Below are positions 1 through 9,500 of a stretch of 64,000 nt of DNA, in pieces. Where the stretch lies: IMG/VR virus record IMGVR_UViG_3300044633_000521; one strand, 5' to 3'. A program made the position numbers and the translations under genes. Below the pieces are notes generated by a model that was given only the letters and a program-made list of their open reading frames with translations, made no database searches and was not told the origin of the DNA. Position 1 is the first letter of the stretch. Each line of letters starts with the position of its first letter. This DNA comes from a virus.

Positions 1-3000
1 AATGCTGACGAATTGTACGAAGCAAACTATCGAGTTTTAACAGCTAATTCAATCATTTCAGTTAACGGCGACGCAGTCGGGACAGGCACATATACTAATG
101 TTTATGTAGCACTGAGCAGTACTGGCGTATTGGCAGGAACCTACGGGTCAAACACAAATATAGCTCAATTAGCAGTTGACTCTGCCGGTAGAATAACTTC
201 GGCTAATAATTTAACTCTTGAGCAAGTTGGAAATCTAAGTGTAGTTGGTACCACAATCACGCCACTCAGCGGAGATTTAAATATTGGTAGTAATGTTAAC
301 AGTATAGCAGTTACTAATTCAATAACATCTAATATTATTATCGCAAATCAAATTTCTGCGTCAAGTATAGATGTATTAGGTGCTGAAATATTAACTAGTA
401 ACAGCAACATTATTGTTAACGGCGATGTTGTTGGGTATGGCGCAAACAGTAATGTTTATGTTGGGTTAACGACCACTGGTGTGACAGCAGGCACCTACGG
501 TAGCAGTGGCACTATTCCGCAAATTGTTGTTGACGACAAAGGACGGGTAACCTACGCAGCTAACTTGGCTATCTCTAGCACCATCGGTAACTTAACAGTG
601 TCTAATACAACTATATCGTCAGGAACGGGCATGACGTTTACTGCCTCTAACGGAAACATTGTACTTGATGCACAAGGAACAGGCGTAGTACAGATTATAG
701 GTTCCGACGCTATCGGTATTCCAGCAGGTGATACTGCTAGCCGCCCAGGGTATCCTGAAATAGGTTATACACGCTTTAATACAGAAGCAGGTAGTATCGA
801 ATACTGGGACGGAACTGATTGGGCTGTACCTGGATTTTCAACAGTAACCAGCGAAACTATAAATCCAGACGGTAGTGCTAACACATTTGTCCTAAGTTCA
901 AATACAACCACTTACGGCGTATTCGTTAGCATTAACGGTACAGTACAACAACCAGTAACCGCATATAACGTCCACGACGATAACCAAATAACATTTACTG
1001 AAGTACCGCACGACACAGACGTAATTGAAGTTCGCCACTTTGCAGCAGGTGTAACTGTTACTGCTCTACAATACGGTAATACTAAAGTACAAGCTACTGC
1101 TACTGATGTTGAAATAACAGGAAATTTAGTTCCAGTAGCTAATGTTACCTACGATCTAGGTAGCCCAACTCATTGGTGGAAGGATTTGTACTTAAGTGGT
1201 AATTCTATCTATCTCGGTGGGATGGCAATTACAAATAATAATGGAGTATTAACATCTACAGTCAACGGTAACTTAACAGTGCTACAATCAGCTGACCCGA
1301 CATTGGCACAGGATGTTGTTACACTAAATTATTTACAAACACAATTAAGTGGGATTGATACTACTGTTATTCAAGCAGATGATTCTAGCATACAAATTAT
1401 AGACAGCGGTACTAGTGCTGGTAATATTGTTATTGCGGTTGATGGATCAAATATTGCTACAATTGGTGCTAACGCAGTATCTATTACACGCACTGTTGAA
1501 GTTAACGGAAACATATCAGCAAACAACTTTAACTATGCTAACGGTGTGAGTATATTAGATGCGGTGTACAGCAACGCCGCAGTTCAGTCAGGTGCTATCG
1601 CCAGCGCAACAACAGCCATCACCACAGCTAATACTGCTATGAAAGGCTATGTTGACGGACAACTGTCGACAGCTAATACCGCAATGAAAGGATATGTTGA
1701 TGGTCAAGTATCAACATTAACATCAAATGCCGCAGCACAGGCCGGTACACTAGCAACTATACAAAGTACCTATGCGCAATTGGCAGGAGCAACATTCACA
1801 GGTGCTGTAGTTGCACCAAACATAACGCTGACGGCGGCATTAGCAATAACGTCGGGCGGTACAGGAGCAACGAGCTCAAGTGAAGCGTTAAACAATCTAT
1901 TTCCAAGCGGTGAAACCAGTGGATATGTATTAAAAACATCTGGACCGGGTAGTTATTATTGGGCTGCTGAATCAGGTGCTAGTAGCACGGTAGGTACTAC
2001 AATTAGTACTAGCCGTACTTATAAAACAGCTACAGCAGGACAAACAGTATTTACAGGATTAGGCACCTATACACCCGGGGCAGGACAATTACGCATATAT
2101 ATCAACGGTGTTAGACAGTTTGACAGTGCTTATACAGAAACTAACAGCTCGGCTGTTACATTATCGACTGGGGTAAGTTCTGGTACAGTATTATTGGCTG
2201 AAGTCGATGCCTATACTGACTTTACATCATATGCCAGTGATGTAGTGTTTAGTAATGTTGGCGGAATATCGGCTACTAATGTACAAGATGCCTTAGCAGA
2301 ATTAGATACTGAAAAAGCTGCACTTACAGGAGCATCATTTACGGGCAATGTAACTACTACTGGCAATGTATCTATAACTAGCACGTTGCGTAGTAGTTCA
2401 AGTTCAACGGGCGCACTAGTAGTAACTGGTGGTGTAGGCATAGGCGGTAACTTATACATTGGCGGAAACTTACAGGTTGCAGGTAATGTAACATATTTTG
2501 ACAGTAACAACGTTACATTCAACGATGCTATGATTTACCTAGCCGATGATAACACCGGTGATGTATTAGATATTGGGTTTATTAGTTCGTTTACTAATCC
2601 TAGTTATCAACATACTGGATTTGTTCGTGATGCTACAGATGGCGTTTGGAAACTATTTGCTAATGTAGTAGGAGAACCTACTACAACAGTTGACTTTACT
2701 AATGCTAACTACAGTAACTTACGTATCGGTAACCTAACATCAGTTGGTGGAACATTTACAGGTAATGTAAGTGCAGGTAACCTAAGTGCTACTAATTTAA
2801 CTGGAACACTAACAACTGCAGCACAGACTAACATTACCAGTGTTGGCACATTAACTGGTTTAACAGTAAGTGGTGCTCCTGTACCTAATGCCAACGTAAG
2901 CGTAAACTTAGGTAGCACATCAGCTTGGTGGAGTACATTCTATGCTAATACCTACGTTGGTAGAACAGCAACCTTTACAGGTAATATCACAGCCGGCAAT

Positions 3001-3612
3001 GTGAGTGCTACAAATTTAGCTGGAGCAATTACTTCTAGTCAAGTTACTACTGCACTAGGATTTACACCATATAATGCAACTAATCCAAGTGGATACTTAT
3101 CAACAGCAGTGACCAGTGCAGTGGCTGGCACAGGAGTTAGTGTAAGTGCAGGCACAGGAGCAGTTACGTTTAGTATTGGACAAGCAGTAGCTACATCGTC
3201 TAGTGTACAGTTCGGCAGTTTAGGAGTAGGTACAGCCGCAAGTGGAACCACTGGTGAAATACGTGCTACAAACAACATTACTGCTTACTACAGTTCAGAC
3301 TCACGCTTAAAAGAAAATGTGCGTGACATACCCGACGCACTAGATAAAGTTACTGCCATTGGTGGTAAACTATTTGATTGGACTGATGAATACATTGCCG
3401 ATCACGGTGGCCTAGATGACTATTTTATGCGTAAAGCAGACTTTGGTGTTATAGCACAAGATGTTGCGCAGGTATTACCTGAAGCAGTGCGCACCCGTGA
3501 TGATGGCTATCTAGCAGTTGACTATGAAAAAATGTGCGCCCTAGCGTTTGCGGCTATTAAAGAACTACAACAACAGGTCCAATTGCTAGAGCAACAAATA
3601 AAGGGCAAGTAA
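1..3612 (+). CDS. Tail fibre protein with C-terminal intramolecular chaperone (peptidase S74-type); 5' truncated by the window edge
   Basis: Frame is open from base 1. T/S/G/N-rich modules. C-terminus SSDSRLKENVRDI...FGVIAQDV...VDYEKMCALAFAAIKEL is a typical auto-cleaved chaperone domain. Confidence 0.85.
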   Translation, partial: NADELYEANYRVLTANSIISVNGDAVGTGTYTNVYVALSSTGVLAGTYGSNTNIAQLAVDSAGRITSANNLTLEQVGNLSVVGTTITPLSGDLNIGSNVNSIAVTNSITSNIIIANQISASSIDVLGAEILTSNSNIIVNGDVVGYGANSNVYVGLTTTGVTAGTYGSSGTIPQIVVDDKGRVTYAANLAISSTIGNLTVSNTTISSGTGMTFTASNGNIVLDAQGTGVVQIIGSDAIGIPAGDTASRPGYPEIGYTRFNTEAGSIEYWDGTDWAVPGFSTVTSETINPDGSANTFVLSSNTTTYGVFVSINGTVQQPVTAYNVHDDNQITFTEVPHDTDVIEVRHFAAGVTVTALQYGNTKVQATATDVEITGNLVPVANVTYDLGSPTHWWKDLYLSGNSIYLGGMAITNNNGVLTSTVNGNLTVLQSADPTLAQDVVTLNYLQTQLSGIDTTVIQADDSSIQIIDSGTSAGNIVIAVDGSNIATIGANAVSITRTVEVNGNISANNFNYANGVSILDAVYSNAAVQSGAIASATTAITTANTAMKGYVDGQLSTANTAMKGYVDGQVSTLTSNAAAQAGTLATIQSTYAQLAGATFTGAVVAPNITLTAALAITSGGTGATSSSEALNNLFPSGETSGYVLKTSGPGSYYWAAESGASSTVGTTISTSRTYKTATAGQTVFTGLGTYTPGAGQLRIYINGVRQFDSAYTETNSSAVTLSTGVSSGTVLLAEVDAYTDFTSYASDVVFSNVGGISATNVQDALAELDTEKAALTGASFTGNVTTTGNVSITSTLRSSSSSTGALVVTGGVGIGGNLYIGGNLQVAGNVTYFDSNNVTFNDAMIYLADDNTGDVLDIGFISSFTNPSYQHTGFVRDATDGVWKLFANVVGEPTTTVDFTNANYSNLRIGNLTSVGGTFTGNVSAGNLSATNLTGTLTTAAQTNITSVGTLTGLTVSGAPVPNANVSVNLGSTSAWWSTFYANTYVGRTATFTGNITAGNVSATNLAGAITSSQVTTALGFTPYNATNPSGYLSTAVTSAVAGTGVSVSAGTGAVTFSIGQAVATSSSVQFGSLGVGTAASGTTGEIRATNNITAYYSSDSRLKENVRDIPDALDKVTAIGGKLFDWTDEYIADHGGLDDYFMRKADFGVIAQDVAQVLPEAVRTRDDGYLAVDYEKMCALAFAAIKELQQQVQLLEQQIKGK

Positions 3613-3613
3613 C

Positions 3614-4513
3614 ATGGCCTTACCAGCAAGCGGTGCGATATCATTTAACGCAATCAACGTAGAACTTGGCTTAACCGCCACAGCACAGATATCATTAAAT
3701 GACTCAGCTGTGCGTACATTGTTTGGAGTGGCTAGTGGTGCTATAGCTATGAACGTTGGCTATGGTAAAGCAAATCGTGTAGCAAGAACAATTACTATAG
3801 CGTCAAATACAGCAAATTACACCCTTAATACAGCCGCAGTTTCTGGTTATTCTGCAGGTTTAACTGATATTACATTGGCGATTTCTTCCGGAGTAACACT
3901 AACTGGATTAACTATTGCTGCATTTGCTTCTGGTGACACTGTCCGCATTAACAATAGAGGCACAATTGTTGGAACAGCTGGTACAGGTGGTACTGCTGGA
4001 GCTGGCGGATTACCAGCGAACTCGGCCGTTACCGGTAAACCCGGTGGTACCGGCGGCAACGGTGGTGCTGGTGGTACAGCAATAACCCTGAATTATTCAG
4101 TTTCGATAGATAACACCGGAGCTACTATTATTGCCGGCGGCGGCGGCGGCGGTGGTGGTGGTGGCGGGGGTGGCGGCGCTGGCAATACAGATACTGGAAA
4201 TTATTCCGGCGTGGCCGGTGCGGTGCCTACAGGTAATGGTGGTCGTGGTGGTACGGGTGGTAACAGTATTAATGTTATAAACCGAGATCCAGTTGGTTTA
4301 GCTGGAGCACCCGGAGCAGTTGGCGGAGTAGGAGTAGCCGGGCTAGCAGGTAATAATGGAACTGCCGGAGGTCGAGGAGCCAACAGTATCTCAGTAACAG
4401 GTGGGGCAGGTGGAGCAGCCGGTACTGGTGGCGCAGTAGGTAAAGCTATTACGCTAAATGGGCGCACAGCAACCTTCATAGTAAACGGAACAGTTACTGG
4501 GGTAATAAGTTAA
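3614..4513 (+). CDS. Glycine-rich tail fibre tip / adhesin-like protein (gp38-like)
   Basis: N-terminus MALPASGAISFNAINVELG, polyglycine tracts, directly follows the S74-chaperone fibre. Confidence 0.65.
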   Translation: MALPASGAISFNAINVELGLTATAQISLNDSAVRTLFGVASGAIAMNVGYGKANRVARTITIASNTANYTLNTAAVSGYSAGLTDITLAISSGVTLTGLTIAAFASGDTVRINNRGTIVGTAGTGGTAGAGGLPANSAVTGKPGGTGGNGGAGGTAITLNYSVSIDNTGATIIAGGGGGGGGGGGGGGAGNTDTGNYSGVAGAVPTGNGGRGGTGGNSINVINRDPVGLAGAPGAVGGVGVAGLAGNNGTAGGRGANSISVTGGAGGAAGTGGAVGKAITLNGRTATFIVNGTVTGVIS

Positions 4514-4536
4514 ATACACTATAACAGAGAATTAAT

Positions 4537-5337
4537 ATGGCATTAACACAGGTAACACCAGACGTATTACATAACACACAAGGCAATATTACCACCGTAG
4601 GTACCTTAGGTAATCTAACAGTCTCGGGTAATATCTCCAGTACAAACTACAACTACGCAAATGGTGTTAGCATAACAACTCCAATTACTAGTGCCATAGC
4701 AACTCTTACAAGCAATGCCGCAGTACAAGCTGGCGCAATAGCCAGCAAAGCAAACTCAACAGATGTGCTATATGTTGGAACAACATCGATAGCATTAAAT
4801 CGTACATCAGCCGGACAAACACTATCGGGTGTAAATATTGACGGCTCGGCTAGTTATGCGTCTAGCGCAGGATCAGCAAGTTACGCTTCTAGTGCTGGAT
4901 CAGCATCTACTGCTGGATCAGCATCGACTGCTGACTATGCTACTAGCGCGGGATCAGCATCTACTGCTGGTTCAGCTACAACAGCCACAAAACTAACATC
5001 CGCTTCGGGTAGTGCGCCGTCGTATTCAGCTAGAGCGTTTGTTAACTTTAACGGACAAGGTACAGTGGCAATAAGAGCAAGTCAAAATGTCAGTTCTATC
5101 ACTGATAACGGTACTGGTAGGTATGTAGTAAACTTCATTACAGCAATGTCTTCTACTACCTATACCTGCGTGGGCTGTTGTTCGGCAATTCCCGGGCGAG
5201 GACAAGCTGCCCTTATGCCAAATGAGATATCAAATTATTTAACTGATCCTACTACCACTGCTCAAGCGATATTTACCTGTCATGACCAAGGCGGCGTGAT
5301 GGATGCAGCCTGGGTTATGGTATCTATTTTTGAGTAA
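4537..5337 (+). CDS. Short tail fibre-like protein
   Basis: SAGSAS/T repeats; C-terminal ARAFVNFNG...NVSSITDNGTG.Y.VNF fibre-tip motif; TAAATA upstream at 4511. Confidence 0.65.
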   Translation: MALTQVTPDVLHNTQGNITTVGTLGNLTVSGNISSTNYNYANGVSITTPITSAIATLTSNAAVQAGAIASKANSTDVLYVGTTSIALNRTSAGQTLSGVNIDGSASYASSAGSASYASSAGSASTAGSASTADYATSAGSASTAGSATTATKLTSASGSAPSYSARAFVNFNGQGTVAIRASQNVSSITDNGTGRYVVNFITAMSSTTYTCVGCCSAIPGRGQAALMPNEISNYLTDPTTTAQAIFTCHDQGGVMDAAWVMVSIFE

Positions 5338-5346
5338 GGATAAAAT

Positions 5347-5541
5347 ATGAAAAGAATTATATATAAAAAAGAAGACGGCGGAGTAGCAATACTAGTTCCT
5401 ACTGCTGAATATTTAGCCACACATACAATAGAAGAACTAGCAGCTAAAGATGTGCCCGCCGGCGCAGAGTACAAAATTGTAGAAGAATCAGACATACCTT
5501 CAGATAGAACATTTAGAGATGCTTGGGAGTATACAGCATGA
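5347..5541 (+). CDS. Tail fibre assembly-like protein (N-part)
   Basis: IAAKDVP-like motif and IPSDRTFRDAW; follows a fibre gene; AAGGA Shine-Dalgarno. Confidence 0.6.
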   Translation: MKRIIYKKEDGGVAILVPTAEYLATHTIEELAAKDVPAGAEYKIVEESDIPSDRTFRDAWEYTA

Positions 5542-5762
5542 TTACAATAAACTTTGCCAAAGCTCAAGAAATTACTAAAGCACGATTACGTGAAGAACGT
5601 GTGCCTTTATTAGCCGCACAAGATGTGGCATTTCAACGTGCGTTAGAAACAGGCGCTGATACTTCTGCTATTGTAGCTGAAAAAGAAAGATTACGTGACA
5701 TTACAAAATTAGCCGATACAGCAGAAACATTAGATGATCTAAAAGCAATCACAGTAATCTAA
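5538..5762 (+). CDS. Tail fibre assembly-like protein (C-part)
   Basis: ATGA overlap with the previous stop gives start MITINFAKAQ; RxERxPLLAAQDVAFQRALE...LRDIT resembles Tfa-type chaperones. Confidence 0.6.
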   Translation: MITINFAKAQEITKARLREERVPLLAAQDVAFQRALETGADTSAIVAEKERLRDITKLADTAETLDDLKAITVI

Positions 5763-5836
5763 ACATACCACCAAACTCAAAAACTTCTCTCTCAGCCAAT
5801 CCTCTCAGTTAAATACTGTATCTTGGAGCACATGTA

Positions 5837-6439
5837 ATGTCAAACTATATTTTTACACCCCCGCCTGCTTTTGGTGTCGGCGAAGAACCTTTCGTAATGT
5901 GGGAAGGTGGATTCAACGACGAAGATGTTGCGAATATCATTAACATCGGCGAAGCAAGACCTGCTCAAGATGGTAATGTAGGCACTGCTGAAAATAATGA
6001 GTTAATTGAGGAAATTCGTAGATCAAAAATTTCCTGGATTGATCTACAAGCCGACAGCCAATGGCTCTATGATAGACTATCACATATAGCATCAACCCTA
6101 AATGGCCAATACTACAAGTACGACTTATATGGATTTCATGAGCATTTTCAATATACGGTCTATGATAGTACCAATCAAGATCACTATACTTGGCATCTTG
6201 ACAGTGGAACTAAATCAACTGCTCCTAGAAAATTCAGTTTAGTTTTACAGTTAAGTGACCCTAGCGAATACGAAGGCGGCGATTTAGAATTGTACTACAG
6301 TGCACAACCTACGCAGGTCCGCAAAGAAAAGGGACTAGTAGTAGCATTCCCTAGTTGTATGCTACACCGAGTAACACCAGTAACTAGTGGAATAAGAAAA
6401 ACCTTAGTTATGTGGTGTGTAGGACCTGCATTTCGCTAA
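5837..6439 (+). CDS. 2OG-Fe(II) oxygenase (PKHD/prolyl hydroxylase-like)
   Basis: WHLD...RKFSLVLQLSDPSEYEGGDL...FPS.MLHRVTPVTSGIRKTLV: HxD...H...R motif. Confidence 0.9.
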   Translation: MSNYIFTPPPAFGVGEEPFVMWEGGFNDEDVANIINIGEARPAQDGNVGTAENNELIEEIRRSKISWIDLQADSQWLYDRLSHIASTLNGQYYKYDLYGFHEHFQYTVYDSTNQDHYTWHLDSGTKSTAPRKFSLVLQLSDPSEYEGGDLELYYSAQPTQVRKEKGLVVAFPSCMLHRVTPVTSGIRKTLVMWCVGPAFR

Positions 6440-6570
6440 AATAGCACACATCATTTCTTGCCGCCTCAGCTAAATACATATAACAAACTGTGCCAGCTCA
6501 GGGGAATATGGAACCGCCGCTACCCAGTAGTATAAATTAACAATTATAATATGCGGAGTTTTAACCTAAA

Positions 6571-9500
6571 ATGGCGAATCTAACCAGAATTAAGAATAAT
6601 CAGATTACGGATTCAACGATCCTTGCTAATACCAAGATTGTTCCGGGATCTATTGTAGGTAGCTTATTCAATGCTAGCCTAACGATGACCAGTGATGTTA
6701 CTATTACTGGTAACTTGACAGTACAAGGGTCAAGTACATACCTAACAGTAGCTTCTACTAACACCTACGTTAACGATCCATTATTAGTCTTAAACAATGC
6801 GTTTAGTGGCACTAACACCTACGACGTCGGTCTGCTATTTAATCGTGGCAATCAAGCAACTACTGCGCTTATCTGGAACGAAGACACTAACCAATTCGAA
6901 TTAACCTATACCACTGATGACGGTACTGGTTACGGCACTATTAATAACAGCGGATATGCTAACTTAAAAGTTGGTAACATTACTGTAGCAGGTATTTCTA
7001 CTGTTGGTAGTCTATCAACCACTGGTGATCTTACTGCGGTCGGGTTGACTTTGAGCGGTGATGCGGCAGTTAACGGTGGCGACATTACTACTACAGCAGC
7101 AACATTTAATTTATTAAATGCCAATGCGACCACAGTAGACGCATTTAAAGCGGCAACAGATTTAGAATTTGGTGCTACTACCGGTACATTAACAATTAAT
7201 AACCCAACAGTAGTTGGTTCACAAACAACTCAAGCATTGTACAATACAACTGCTACAACGTTAAACTTCGCTGGAGCAGCAACTAGCGTAGTTGCTGGTG
7301 CTACTACCGGTACATTTAATATTCGTAACGCAAACGTGTACTTGCCAAATGCCACTACATTATACAGCGGCCAATCGACACTTGATATTGCTAACGTAAA
7401 TGTAACTACATTAACTATTGGTGGAGCGGCTACTGCGTTTGTTCTTGGTGCTACTACTGGTACATTAACATTACGTAACGCTACAGTTACAACACCTGGA
7501 CAGATAGTTAGCACACGTGCTGGTAGTGCTATAACTGGTGATGGACAGATCTTCTTAAACGGTAGCACTAGCAATCGTATTGATTGGGCAGCCGCAGGTA
7601 CAGGTGCTCCGGCATTTACTACAAGAACTGCTGGTACTAAAGTAGTTCTTTACCCGGCACTAAGTGGTAGTACAGTTGATTATGCTATTGGTATCGACGC
7701 CGCAACTATGTGGTCTAGCGTGCCAGAAAATGGCAGCTCATTTAACTTTAAATGGTATGGTGCTGAAACTCTAGTAGCAAACTTATCGGGTACTGGTAAC
7801 TTTACCACTGTGGGTGATGTTGCTGTTAACGGTGGTGATTTAACAACTACTGCTGCAACATTTAACTTAGTAAACACTGATGCTACTACTGTAAACCTTG
7901 CTGGCGCGGCAACAACTGTTAATATTGGTGCCGTAAGCGGTACCACAAATATTAAAAACAATTTAGATGTTGACCTAACATTAAATGCTCGAGACATCAA
8001 CAGCACTGTAATTGGTAATGTTACACCAGCAACTGGTAAGTTTACTAATATCTATGATACAGCACTAACAGAAACTCGTATTCCGTTTGTAGGCGCAGCC
8101 AATGTTTTAACAGACAGTACATCACTTACTTTTGATAATGTAAGTAATATTTTAGATGTAGACGGCCTTCAATTTGATGGCGGTAACGCTATTATCAAAA
8201 CAACAACCGCTGACGCCAATTTAGTATTAAGCCCAAACGGGGTTGGAGTAGTTAGCTTAGATACATCACGCCTTGTCAGTGTTAGTGATCCGGTTGATGC
8301 TCAAGATGCGGTAACACTAAGTTACTTACAAACTCAAATTAACAGTGGTGTTACTAACATTCAAAGCGACGATAGTGATATTACTATTACTGATGATGGT
8401 ACAAATCCGGGTATAATTACAGCCAACGTAGATGCTGTAAGTGTATTTGCTATTGATGCTAATACAACAAGTTTATACAGTGGTTTTGTTACTGTTGATA
8501 ATTTAGCTAGTAATGTAGCAGTAGACGGGTCAGTACATGTTGCTAGTAATGTTACATTAGTTGGCGACCTAGCAGTTAACGGTGGAGATATCACTACAAC
8601 TAGTGCCACATTTAACCTAGCCAATGCTAACGCAACTACAGTAGATGCTTTTAAAGCCGCTACAGATTTAGAAATTGGTGCCACAAGCGGCACATTAACT
8701 ATTAACAATCCAACGGTTGTTGGCACACAAACAACACAATCGGTATTCAACACAACTGCTACAACAGTTAATGCGTTTGGTGCTGCTACTACTATAACAA
8801 TTGCTGCCACTACTGGTACAACAACAGTTCGAAATAATTTAACAGCAACTGGAAATATTAATATTGACAGTACTGAACAGAGTACAAACTCAACTACAGG
8901 CGCATTAATTGTAGATGGCGGTGTTGGTGTTGCTAAAAACTTAAACGTAGGTGGTGATGTAGTAATTACAGGTAACCTACAAGTTGACGGTGCTGTTACT
9001 ACAGTTAATACAGCAACACTTGATGTCGAAGATTTAAACATTACAGTAGCCAAAGGCGCAAGTAGCAGTTCGGCAGCTGATGGTGCTGGCTTAACAGTCG
9101 ATGGAGCTAGTGCTACAATATTATACACACATGCGACTACTAGCTGGAATTTAAACAAACATTTAATAGGCACATCTGCGCAATTTAGTACTACGTTAGG
9201 AGTAACAGGTGATACCACCCTTACTGCCAATTTAGCAGTTAATGGTGGCGGGTTAACCACGTCGGCGAGCACATTTGATTTATTAAACGCAAATGCAACT
9301 ACTCTAAACTTAGGTGGCGCTGCGACAACAATTAACGTTGGTGCTACTAGCGGTACATTAACAATTAACAACCCAACCGTAGTTGGTACACAAGCAACAC
9401 AAGCCCTATATAATACCACAGCAACTACCCTTAACTTTGCTGGTGCCGCTACTACACTTATCGTTGGTGCTACTACTGGTGTAGCAAATATTCGTAACGC

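Noticed and set aside
4135-4180. GGC/GGT microsatellite as a phase-variation tract
   Set aside because: In-frame mixed-codon polyglycine typical of adhesin tips.
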